Shown here piece by piece: positions 45,946 to 54,148 of a stretch of 64,000 bases of DNA (its first letter is position 1; each line of letters begins with the position of its first letter). The notes under the pieces are model-generated. The model was given only the letters and a program-made list of their open reading frames with translations. It had not been told where the DNA came from and ran no database searches. This stretch comes from a virus, in the IMG/VR virus record IMGVR_UViG_3300014205_000222; one strand, 5' to 3'. The position numbers and the translations under genes are program-made.

Positions 45946-47472
45946 TTAAATTTTTGTTGTTGGGATTTTGAAATTTTCAATTTCCTGTATCATTGTCTCG
46001 CGGTTTGTCTCGAAGAGGCTTATATAATTGAATATCTTATCACTGTATCCAGCAACATTAACTACATTTTTATGACCTTCTGGTAACGTTGCAAGCCCAT
46101 ATCCTGCGAGATCTACAAGATACACGAACACATTTGGATTTATATTCCTCTGATATTTTAGAAACTCTTTTACAAATGATTCTGAACCATATGCCGATGT
46201 ATTATACAGCACCATATCACTGAAAAGCACAACCCGGTCAACAAACTTTTTGTTATCGTTGAGATACCGAATTGCCTTCCAACCATTTGTAGAGTGCCCA
46301 AGATGCTGTTCTGTAACACTTTCGATATTCTGTAATATTGAGCTGCCACCCATTGGGATAACCGCAAAATCTGTTCCAAATGCTGAAATAATAGATTTTG
46401 TCGATATATAATCCAATATAGACCCGTACAGAGATGCAACCTGCGCGCGAGATACCACAGATTTTTCACTGAGGGCAACCGTCATACTACCACTAACATC
46501 AATCGATGTAAATGTGATACCACCAAGTTTTGGAACATTATTTAAACTAATTTGTAGAGCCTTCTCCAAGCCTTTCAAAACCACATTAACGTTTTCCGTT
46601 GCTACATCGTATTTTCTAGTTTTTACAATAGAATGCGCCGTATAAAACCTGTATGGGAATTGTTTTGATGACCGTATGGCACGTTCATCTACAATGCGCG
46701 ACATATAAAGTTCTGGTTCGATTCCAAACTTAAGAAAATTATTTAGATTACGGAGTAGCGCCATATACCCCATGTCGGGGATTTCCTTTTCCCAATTTTC
46801 TTTGGTAGAACCTTCACGCATTATGTTAGCATTCCACGACGAATTAACAACCTTTTTGTTGATAATTCTTTCAAAGACATCAGCCATATCCTTATTCAGC
46901 GGTTTTGGGTGGACGACGCACATCGCGTCTTTAAGGCTTACACTCGACCCATCACCGAGATACTTACCAAACTGATACTCATCGAAATTATAAAAAGCGC
47001 GTGATAAACCCTTTTTAAGAACCATTGGTACATGTGCACGAGCCTTTTCATTATGCGAATTCAACTGAAACTGATACGCCAGCATTTCAGTAATTTCGTC
47101 AGGTCTCTGAATTGTAGAGGTAACAATTTTACTAAAATCGTTGTGACCTTTGCCAGACGGAAGATTTGCAGCTTCCACTAACAACATGATAGGAACGGTA
47201 CGAAGATACAAGTTGTGGCGCACATATGCCGCAAGATTAAACACAAACTTCGGGTCTAATTCGGTGACTTCTCGGATTAAGTCTTTAAGTTCTTTATCCG
47301 ATTGTGTAGCACTGGTATAAAACTTTGGCTCACCGACCATTGCAGATGCAACACGAAGGTAAAGTTCCAATTTCTTTGACACATTAAACGCGATTCCGCC
47401 TTCAAAATTAGTTGTTACATCGCCACGTGATTCTAAAACGCTTGTTGTCGTTTTTTTCGTATTAAACTTCAT
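45946..47472 (-). CDS. rsr: Ro60/Rsr-like TROVE-domain RNA-binding protein with C-terminal vWA/MIDAS
   Basis: 508 aa; N-terminal …NFEGGIAFNVSKKLELYLRVASAMVGEPKFYTS… resembles TROVE start (N.AGG.AF…RL.RFLILGS…TYY); C-terminal DVSGSM MIDAS motif; AAGGTG SD upstream. Confidence 0.65.
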   Translation of the reverse strand: MKFNTKKTTTSVLESRGDVTTNFEGGIAFNVSKKLELYLRVASAMVGEPKFYTSATQSDKELKDLIREVTELDPKFVFNLAAYVRHNLYLRTVPIMLLVEAANLPSGKGHNDFSKIVTSTIQRPDEITEMLAYQFQLNSHNEKARAHVPMVLKKGLSRAFYNFDEYQFGKYLGDGSSVSLKDAMCVVHPKPLNKDMADVFERIINKKVVNSSWNANIMREGSTKENWEKEIPDMGYMALLRNLNNFLKFGIEPELYMSRIVDERAIRSSKQFPYRFYTAHSIVKTRKYDVATENVNVVLKGLEKALQISLNNVPKLGGITFTSIDVSGSMTVALSEKSVVSRAQVASLYGSILDYISTKSIISAFGTDFAVIPMGGSSILQNIESVTEQHLGHSTNGWKAIRYLNDNKKFVDRVVLFSDMVLYNTSAYGSESFVKEFLKYQRNINPNVFVYLVDLAGYGLATLPEGHKNVVNVAGYSDKIFNYISLFETNRETMIQEIENFKIPTTKI

Positions 47473-47514
47473 TTAATTCACACCTTGGAGATAAGCTACC
47501 ACACATGTTTTAAA

Positions 47515-47841
47515 TGGATTTCATTGAATGATAACAGTTTTTTCAGTCATATGGTTTGTCCGCCCGGACATAATATGTTCAAGTCCAATCCACCCCACAT
47601 ATTATTTTTGCAGGATTTCATCGAATTATAACAGGGTTTTCAGTCGGTTATAGGAAATAATATCACTTGGTAATGCGATGAACCCACAACCTGCGCATCC
47701 CTGCTTACTGGGAGAACTTATGAACGACTTAAACTTAAACTTAATCTATAACGCATTTCGGTGGGTTTTCAGACGAACATGGCAAAATACCTTGTTTAGA
47801 GGTAGAGTTCCACAATGATGAAACCACGTTCTGCGCATCCC
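47515..47841. repeat. tandem imperfect repeats in rsr-upstream noncoding region (candidate Y-RNA-like ncRNA genes)
   Basis: Units 47634-47701 and 47763-47841 share termini GGGUUUUCAG[UA]C … GAUGAA[CA]CCAC…CUGCGCAUCCC; extra copies of GGATTTCAT[TC]GAAT[GT]ATAACAG at 47515 and 47613; degenerate unit ~47536-47600. Confidence 0.55.
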
Positions 47842-47959
47842 ACTCCAATGCAACAATATTATTGTGTAACTAATAGTATATATACATTTCCAAACATTTC
47901 ACGAAAAGCATGTAAAAATTACACATATGCAGATATTATCAACCCGCACGTTAAAAAAA

Positions 47960-48289
47960 TTAATTTGTTGGAGGGTCGGCGCGCGTGTCAAGTTCCATTT
48001 TCTTTTCTAAATCTGAACCAGATTTATATGATAAAACCGCAAATGCGCCACCGAAGATTAACAAAAACAACCCTTGCGCCGTAAATACAAATACACTGTT
48101 AGCTGACACACCACCAGATGAAATTGCCGCAGCAACAAATGCCAGCATCACAATTCCCAAAAGCACAAAAATCAACCCTACCCCGGTCAACATGGCAAAC
48201 AGACTCATACGCATGTTGTCATTTTTTTCATTATCATAATCACGTATTTCTTCATATACGATTTCGCGAATTTTCTTTGCTTTAACCAT
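47960..48289 (-). CDS. 2-TM membrane protein (109 aa)
   Basis: ORF track. Confidence 0.4.
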   Translation of the reverse strand: MVKAKKIREIVYEEIRDYDNEKNDNMRMSLFAMLTGVGLIFVLLGIVMLAFVAAAISSGGVSANSVFVFTAQGLFLLIFGGAFAVLSYKSGSDLEKKMELDTRADPPTN

Positions 48290-48497
48290 ACATATTATAT
48301 ACGTAAAAACAAACTTAAAAACATTTCGTTAATTTTTCAAAAATTTTGTGATACTTTCAACTTCCTTGAAACTACATGCCGGAACATTAAACACAGCCCC
48401 ACACATGTTACAACGAATTCCTTTTTTACCACCGTGATCCCCATAGTGGAATGATATATCGTCACTCTTACAGTTTACACACAATATCAAAATCATT

Positions 48498-48860
48498 TTA
48501 TCGTGATGGGGCTGTAGGAATATTCAACTGTTTATTATATTCATCAGGGCACTGGCAATACGCATATATTATCTTATCCGAAGTATCAAAACCATCGAAA
48601 AACACCATATTGTTAAAATCTGTGTAACCACATTCAAAACACTCTTCACGAGATTCTATACAGGAATAATAATGCGGGGCAACGCGCGTGTCATATAGTT
48701 CAATAAACCAACCGTCGTCACACATGGTTAACAAATCATACAACCGAACCCAACCGCTAAACGCCGGAGAAATGTTGTTATTCTTCAGGCTATCCACAAA
48801 ACCGGGTTTTGCAAACTTATCTGTATCCTTCTTCAAATAAACACATCCTTTTAACCACAC
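48498..48860 (-). CDS. Cys-containing hypothetical protein (120 aa)
   Basis: ORF track. Confidence 0.4.
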   Translation of the reverse strand: MWLKGCVYLKKDTDKFAKPGFVDSLKNNNISPAFSGWVRLYDLLTMCDDGWFIELYDTRVAPHYYSCIESREECFECGYTDFNNMVFFDGFDTSDKIIYAYCQCPDEYNKQLNIPTAPSR

Positions 48861-48876
48861 CAGTTTGGTTGTGGGA

Positions 48877-48948
48877 TGGGCGTTAAGGGAGTCGAACCCA
48901 TATCCTCACGGTTATGAGCCGTGCGCTCCGCCATTGAGCTAAACGCCC
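48877..48948 (-). tRNA. tRNA-Met-CAU: tRNA-Met(CAU), elongator-like (G1-C72)
   Basis: Acceptor GGGCGUU/AACGCCC, D-stem GCUC/GAGC, loop CUCAUAA, T-arm AUGGGUUCGACUCCCUU. Confidence 0.75.
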
Positions 48949-48958
48949 CAATTTGAAA

Positions 48959-49032
48959 TGGGACTTCCCGGATTTGAACCGGGGGCAACACGTCCCAAAC
49001 GTGCAAGGTTAGCCAGACTACCCCAAAATCCC
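48959..49032 (-). tRNA. tRNA-Pro-UGG: tRNA-Pro(UGG)
   Basis: Acceptor GGGAUUU/AAGUCCC, loop UUUGGGA (G37), T-arm CCCGGUUCAAAUCCGGG. Confidence 0.7.
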
Positions 49033-49098
49033 TCAATATAGTATTGAAATGGAAAATATTTATACCTTTCGTTTTTCAAAAAAATAAAGTTTGTTTTT

Positions 49099-50643
49099 TT
49101 ATTTTTTAGAGGTTTTCGCAGTTTTCTTTACAAAACCATCGACACCCTGATTTGAAGATTCAACCGATTTTATATCAACCGGAGACGGAACCGTTCCACT
49201 AACTGGCGGCTGTGGTTGTGGTGGTGTTACTACAGTTGCTTTTTTTGTATCGTCTACATACGAACCCTTCGAAGGTTCTGGCGCGGTTGCAGGTTTTTTA
49301 ATAATGGTTTGCATCACGTTTGCCAACCGGGAATACAGATCCGGGTCAGATTCCTTAACAATATCCATCAGGGTTGAAAAACTGCCAGCCGTTGATAGCC
49401 CGCCCTTCGGAGTGAAGAGATCCATGAAGTCTTCTGGTTTTCCAGAACCATAATATTTTATAGTTGCATTCGCAAGTGCCTCTGCAAGTGCAAGACCAAT
49501 ACGCTCATCCTTTTCAATCGTACGGATTGCCGTTGCATATTCCTGCTGTTTTCTCTGTGCATCTGCATATTTGTCAAGACCTTCTGCCTCTGCGAATTTC
49601 TTGGCTCTTAATACATCGGCTTCGGATGTACCTTTCTTACGAATAATTTCGGCTTCGGCAGAACCCATTGCCTCAATTTTCGCACCTTCTCCGCGACCTG
49701 TAAGTTCAAGTTTCTGTTTTTCTCCTTCTGCAAGTTCAATTGCCATGCGCTTTTCTCCATCGGCAGTACGAACTTTGGCATCTGCTTCAATTTCCGCAAA
49801 CATGACTTTAGATGCTCGCTCAACATCCATCGCTTTCTCTACCGCGCGTTTCTTTTCTGTAGAAACTACCTGATTCTTTTCTTCTTCGCGCTTGCCAACA
49901 GATTCTTCAACTTCAATCTTTCTCGTTTGTGCAGCCTGATAAGCTTCTACCTCTGAAATTTCTGCCTGTCTCTTTCTGGTTGCAATCTCCTGTCTAGACA
50001 ACGAATTAATTTCTGCCTCTTTTTTTGCAGATATATCATGAATTACGCTTGTATGATCAGAATCTTTGAAATCTACAATCGAAACGTTGATAATTTCGAC
50101 ACCCCAACGAAGCATATCATCTTTAATATCTGACAACACATGGTCTGCAATCTCGCTTCGCTTTGCAATTACATCCTCAACTGCAAAATTAGCAGTTGTC
50201 TTACGAATAGCGGCAATAATGATTTCCTGAATCCCGGTCTTGAAATCTGTCATAGTTTTCCCCGGGAAACGCTGGGCTGCTTCTAAAACATTGTTGACAC
50301 GACAATAAACACTAGCATCAATAGTAAACCGCGCATTTCCTTTTGCAAAAGTTTGATAATTCTCAATCTTAATTTCCATATTTTCAAGCGACATGCGGGT
50401 TACAATAACACCAATGAATGGCATCCACCACGGAAACTGATAATACACCGTGTTTGTACCACGCTCTTCAGTAACCGTTTTATCTGCGGAATAAATTTCA
50501 ACAGCGCCCTTACGCGTAACAACATCTGCATATTTTGGTGGCACAACTCCCCTGAGAGTTACTAGATAAATAACCACCAACACTGCAAAAATACAACCCA
50601 TCACAAACAGAAACGATGTCTGCAAATCCATATCAAAAATCAT
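49099..50643 (-). CDS. SPFH/band-7 (flotillin-like) membrane-scaffold protein
   Basis: N-terminal TM, SPFH-like core, long EA/KR coiled-coil (…EAEINSLSRQEIATRKRQAEI…), Pro-rich tail; 514 aa like YqiK/flotillin. Confidence 0.65.
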   Translation of the reverse strand: MIFDMDLQTSFLFVMGCIFAVLVVIYLVTLRGVVPPKYADVVTRKGAVEIYSADKTVTEERGTNTVYYQFPWWMPFIGVIVTRMSLENMEIKIENYQTFAKGNARFTIDASVYCRVNNVLEAAQRFPGKTMTDFKTGIQEIIIAAIRKTTANFAVEDVIAKRSEIADHVLSDIKDDMLRWGVEIINVSIVDFKDSDHTSVIHDISAKKEAEINSLSRQEIATRKRQAEISEVEAYQAAQTRKIEVEESVGKREEEKNQVVSTEKKRAVEKAMDVERASKVMFAEIEADAKVRTADGEKRMAIELAEGEKQKLELTGRGEGAKIEAMGSAEAEIIRKKGTSEADVLRAKKFAEAEGLDKYADAQRKQQEYATAIRTIEKDERIGLALAEALANATIKYYGSGKPEDFMDLFTPKGGLSTAGSFSTLMDIVKESDPDLYSRLANVMQTIIKKPATAPEPSKGSYVDDTKKATVVTPPQPQPPVSGTVPSPVDIKSVESSNQGVDGFVKKTAKTSKK

Positions 50644-50645
50644 AT

Positions 50646-50864
50646 TTATACCGTCCTTTTACTCATCAACTTCACACTTCCATCATTCACTTGTGGGGAA
50701 TTGTTAGGTGTCAACAATTCGGAAACTTCGCAATCTCCGTCCCTCCAAGTGAGAAGAATTATTTTACCATTTGAAATATCATCATAAAAATCAAGCAAAT
50801 CTTTTTTACTTGCAAAAACAATTTTATCTGATGTTTTTTCTATTACTCTGACTTCATTTGTCAT
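50646..50864 (-). CDS. small protein (72 aa), possible NfeD-like partner of SPFH protein
   Basis: ORF track; immediately upstream/co-transcribed with SPFH gene; partner assignment is inference. Confidence 0.35.
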   Translation of the reverse strand: MTNEVRVIEKTSDKIVFASKKDLLDFYDDISNGKIILLTWRDGDCEVSELLTPNNSPQVNDGSVKLMSKRTV

Positions 50865-51134
50865 ATTTGTTCAACCGTCCAAACCATTACGGACAACAAT
50901 GGTATTCTAACATCTTTCCCGTCACAATTCATAGATAAAATCAATCCATGTGCTTCACCGCCATACCGTGTGGCGTTATATGTTTCTCGAACACCATTTG
51001 TCCACGTAACCTCAACTCGATACACTAATACACCTTCAAAAAATGCACATTGTCATAAATGAAATACAATCATGCACTAACATTATAATTTGATATTAAA
51101 ACTATAAAAACATATCCAAACAAAAAAGTTAAAG

Positions 51135-51206
51135 GGGAGATGGAGGGGATTGAACCCTCTCCAGCGCGGTCACAGCGCGCCGTGCTACCAATACACCACA
51201 TCTACC
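51135..51206 (-). tRNA. tRNA-His-GUG: tRNA-His(GUG) with genomically encoded G-1
   Basis: Anticodon stem GCGCG/CGCGC loop CUGUGAC, T-arm GAGGGUUCAAUCCCCUC, 8-bp acceptor incl. G-1:C73 (one U.C mismatch). Confidence 0.7.
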
Positions 51207-51209
51207 ACA

Positions 51210-51289
51210 AGCACTGGGCAGGAATCGAACCTGCAACCCACATGGAGCAGATCTGCAATCTGCCGCAATATCCATTCTGCCACCAGTGC
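51210..51289 (-). tRNA. tRNA-Cys-GCA: tRNA-Cys(GCA) with unusually long (12-nt) variable region
   Basis: Acceptor GCACUGG/CCAGUGC, D-stem GCAG/UUGC, loop UUGCAGA, T-arm GCAGGUUCGAUUCCUGC. Confidence 0.6.
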
Positions 51290-51296
51290 AATTTGA

Positions 51297-51368
51297 CGCC
51301 CCTGATGGGAATTGAACCCATTTCTTCAGGTTCGAAGCCTGATATGCGTTCCGGTGCACCACAGAGGC
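51297..51368 (-). tRNA. tRNA-Arg-UCG: tRNA-Arg(UCG)
   Basis: Acceptor GCCUCUG/CAGGGGC, anticodon stem UCAGG/CCUGA loop CUUCGAA, T-arm AUGGGUUCAAUUCCCAU. Confidence 0.75.
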
Positions 51369-51400
51369 AGTGCATATACTATATATTCAAACCACTATAT

Positions 51401-52000
51401 TTATTTTTTTGTGTTCTGTCGTTTTTTCTTTGGAGTTGGTGCTTTTAAACGTCGCTCATTTATCAGTTTCGTATCTAAAATCTTTAATTTTTTCGGGTCA
51501 AATGCAATAAGATGTTTAACACCACCATGTTTTTGTATGAGAACCCCATCGTAGCCCAAGCTTACCATATTTTTAAGATATACTTCTGGCTCATCCCTAT
51601 AAAAATCATAAGACACAGTTTGAAATGCATCATGAGCCGTCTGATTATATGTTAAAATTAATCTATATGCATTTTCAAACGCTGGAACGTGTCTATCTGT
51701 ATCAAAATTTGTCAGGGTGTCTTCTAAATTTGGCGCACGAATCAACATCTTTCGAATATCCCCATGGTTGGGGGGGCGTGTAGTTGACACAAATTTTCTA
51801 ACTGTTGCTCGTACAACCATAATATATTTTCCATACATACGAGCATCATCTATCGTATTTGTTAAATAGAACCCATAACCCTCCTGTTCAGTTCCTTTCC
51901 CAAGATATTTATATTCAAATTCTCTGAATGGAACATTTGAACCATGATAAAATAATTCTGAATACAACACATATAAATATATGTTACAATAATATATCAA
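51401..52000 (-). CDS. hypothetical protein (199 aa) with basic C-terminal tail
   Basis: ORF track; no confident family (weak resemblance to ADP-ribosyl/phosphotransferase folds not supportable). Confidence 0.45.
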   Translation of the reverse strand: MIYYCNIYLYVLYSELFYHGSNVPFREFEYKYLGKGTEQEGYGFYLTNTIDDARMYGKYIMVVRATVRKFVSTTRPPNHGDIRKMLIRAPNLEDTLTNFDTDRHVPAFENAYRLILTYNQTAHDAFQTVSYDFYRDEPEVYLKNMVSLGYDGVLIQKHGGVKHLIAFDPKKLKILDTKLINERRLKAPTPKKKRQNTKK

Positions 52001-52005
52001 ATTTT

Positions 52006-52167
52006 CTAATCGTTATGTTTTGACGATATAATTTTAGGGCATAATTCTTCGGTTAAAACATATTGGCAATTGTATTTCCCGCCATTTTGTTCCAGTTGGT
52101 TCTCAAAACACTTTTCACACGATAAAACAATTTTTCGAATAATATCACAATTTATATCACTTATCAT
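52006..52167 (-). CDS. small Cys-rich protein (53 aa; listed ORF start 52218 overlaps tRNA)
   Basis: Internal Met MISDINCDIIRKIVLSCEKCFEN…; ends 3 nt before tRNA-Gly. Confidence 0.35.
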   Translation of the reverse strand: MISDINCDIIRKIVLSCEKCFENQLEQNGGKYNCQYVLTEELCPKIISSKHND

Positions 52168-52169
52168 AA

Positions 52170-52240
52170 TACGAGCGGCGGGCATCGAACCCACACCTGT
52201 TCCATGGCAAGGAACCATTCTACCATTATACTACACTCGT
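52170..52240 (-). tRNA. tRNA-Gly-GCC: tRNA-Gly(GCC)
   Basis: Acceptor ACGAGUG/CGCUCGU, anticodon stem GUUCC/GGAAC loop UUGCCAU, T-arm GUGGGUUCGAUGCCCGC. Confidence 0.65.
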
Positions 52241-52243
52241 ATA

Positions 52244-52316
52244 TGCGCCCAGCCGGGTTTGAACCGGCATCTATAGGTTGGAAGCCTATAATTCTAACCA
52301 ATTATACCATGAGCGC
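52244..52316 (-). tRNA. tRNA-Gly-UCC: tRNA-Gly(UCC)
   Basis: Acceptor GCGCUCA/UGGGCGC, anticodon stem AUAGG/CCUAU loop CUUCCAA, T-arm GCCGGUUCAAACCCGGC. Confidence 0.7.
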
Positions 52317-52319
52317 ACA

Positions 52320-52393
52320 TGGACGTGAGAGGACTTGAACCTCTAACCCCTGCTGTATCAGAACAGTGCGCTAACCAATTGCGCCACACGTCC
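52320..52393 (-). tRNA. tRNA-Ile-GAU: tRNA-Ile(GAU)
   Basis: Acceptor GGACGUG/CACGUCC, D-stem GCGC/GCGC, loop CUGAUAC, T-arm AGAGGUUCAAGUCCUCU. Confidence 0.8.
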
Positions 52394-52396
52394 TAA

Positions 52397-52468
52397 CGTC
52401 CGGTGCGGGTACTGCCCCCGCCTCATAACCGTGACAGGGTTATATGCTGTCTAATACACCAACCGAAC
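52397..52468 (-). tRNA. tRNA-Asp-GUC: tRNA-Asp(GUC) with non-canonical T-loop (GGCAGUA)
   Basis: Acceptor GUUCGGU/ACCGGAC, D-stem GUGU/GCAU, anticodon stem UAACC/GGUUA loop CUGUCAC, T-stem GCGGG/CCCGC but loop lacks U54-U55; keeps the array's 3-nt spacing. Confidence 0.55.
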
Positions 52469-52471
52469 AAA

Positions 52472-52537
52472 ATGGGTGGTGCCGGAGTTGAACCCAACAC
52501 TTTTACCACCATGGGTGGATCAATCCCCATGGCACCC
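52472..52537 (-). pseudogene. degenerate tRNA-like element
   Basis: Correct 3-nt spacing; T-loop UUCAACU and 3' ACCACCC-A but T-stem and acceptor pair poorly (5/7); only ~66 nt. Confidence 0.3.
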
Positions 52538-52668
52538 ACGGAGCATCCCTAATACAATACGCATGTATTTCCGTCTTTTACGTGCATGCATCCGGAAACA
52601 CGGCAAGATCGTTGTCGGGTCTTGTACCGCCATACAATAAGATTGCGACTCTTTGCATTGTATGGAAA

Positions 52669-52741
52669 TCCTCCCGGAAGGATTCGAACCTTCTTCGCCG
52701 GATTCAAAGTCCTGCATCATTACCAAGTAGACCACGGGAGT
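52669..52741 (-). tRNA. tRNA-Gln-UUG: tRNA-Gln(UUG)
   Basis: T-arm GAAGGUUCGAAUCCUUC, loop CUUUGAA, D-region GGUCUACUUGGUAAUGAU like eukaryal/archaeal tRNA-Gln; acceptor (A)CUCCCG/CGGGAG(G) with first-pair mismatch. Confidence 0.65.
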
Positions 52742-53070
52742 ATACTGCAACTACCTATATGTAATCAAATATATTTATGCTTTTCCATATGTTTGCGAAA
52801 AGAAACACAACATTCAGAAAATGGTGGGGAAGGAGTGGAACCCACCACCCTCAAAAACCATTCAAACGGGGGTTTAGAATAGTTTCGCTTAAAATTGCGC
52901 GCCAGAATGGATTGTCAAACTTATATCCAATGATAAATGGCGTATGCCAATTCGACGTGTATCCACCTGACACACAATACTATATGACACCACAACATTA
53001 TAAATATTTTGGTGGCACTCCAACGGGCACCCAATAATTTTTTATTCAGTAAAAACAATATACATATATC

Positions 53071-53331
53071 ATGAAAGAACAAGTTGTTGGTAAAACCCAC
53101 ATCACGCGCAGAAACAATATGCACAAAGAATTCTTAGATCAGGAAAAAAAGATAGAATTGTCAAAATTCCCCGATGGGAGTAGAAAAATAAACGGGCGAA
53201 TGTACGAACCCCACAAAGACTACGAAAAAAAATCGGATGCTATAACAGAAAGTAAAAGTCTAAACTCTCAATACTTAACACACATTGGAAAAACAAACGG
53301 AAAATGGATGATATATAAGTTTAAAATATAA
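53071..53331 (+). CDS. hypothetical basic protein (86 aa)
   Basis: ORF track; AT-rich TATA-like upstream. Confidence 0.4.
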   Translation: MKEQVVGKTHITRRNNMHKEFLDQEKKIELSKFPDGSRKINGRMYEPHKDYEKKSDAITESKSLNSQYLTHIGKTNGKWMIYKFKI

Positions 53332-53332
53332 A

Positions 53333-54112
53333 TTATTTTTTATTTGTTTTATTTCTTTTAGGTTTTGTTTTCATTTTACGTTCTTCAGTAAACCACCTAG
53401 AAACAATCTCCGGTGGCACGCGTTTCTTCTTTTTACCGCCACCACGTGGGGTATAATCAATACTATCAATATAATCGACATCCTCGCCCATTAATATTGC
53501 TTCGTAGTTATCAATTGTTCTACCAGTTTTTAAATCTTTGCGCTTTCCGCCATACAAACTTTTAAGTGCTTCTGGATTTGTACTACGTATAAAATCGGAA
53601 AGTGCACCACGCCCTCCGCCTTTAGCATGCATATTACGTATTTCTGGTATTGAACCACGAACTATGGTTGGGTTTCGTTTAAATTCATAAATTTCTGCAA
53701 CCGCGCGTTCAATTGATATCTGGTCAAATAAATCAACTTCAATATAATGTTCACGATCAAGCCAAAATCTATTTGGTATATTTGTATCACGTATCACATT
53801 ATATTTATATGCAAAATCCCTTGCGGCACGTTTTGCTTCTAAAACGCCACGGATACGACCGGGAATGTCATATGATTTTGGGGCATCGCCACGAATATAT
53901 CCGTGGTGAAAATTCACATCTTCTTGGATTCCGCGCGGTTCAGTTTGCGGTTCGCGCACGTGTTGTGATTCAACATCGTCTCCGGTTGTACCACCCATAT
54001 GATATCTCTTTTTAACAATTTTCTTTTTGGCACCCGCAGCACTTTTTACTTTTAAAATCGGTTTTTTCTTCCTAATTGAACCAACGGTGCGCTTATTATT
54101 TTTTATTACCAT
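53333..54112 (-). CDS. hypothetical protein with Lys-rich N- and C-termini (259 aa)
   Basis: ORF track. Confidence 0.45.
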   Translation of the reverse strand: MVIKNNKRTVGSIRKKKPILKVKSAAGAKKKIVKKRYHMGGTTGDDVESQHVREPQTEPRGIQEDVNFHHGYIRGDAPKSYDIPGRIRGVLEAKRAARDFAYKYNVIRDTNIPNRFWLDREHYIEVDLFDQISIERAVAEIYEFKRNPTIVRGSIPEIRNMHAKGGGRGALSDFIRSTNPEALKSLYGGKRKDLKTGRTIDNYEAILMGEDVDYIDSIDYTPRGGGKKKKRVPPEIVSRWFTEERKMKTKPKRNKTNKK

Positions 54113-54148
54113 ATTATTATATTTGTCATCAAAGTATAAAAATGTTGG

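Noticed and set aside
47515-47841. Possible CRISPR array
   Set aside because: Only 2-3 imperfect units with unequal spacing and no uniform spacers, and no cas genes in the window. I interpret it as tandem ncRNA or regulatory units. No other CRISPR-like periodic repeats were seen.
51401-52000. Calling the 199-aa protein an ADP-ribosyltransferase or Tpt1-like RNA 2'-phosphotransferase
   Set aside because: Only a vague YHGS-containing segment. No full motif set could be read from the sequence. Kept as hypothetical.
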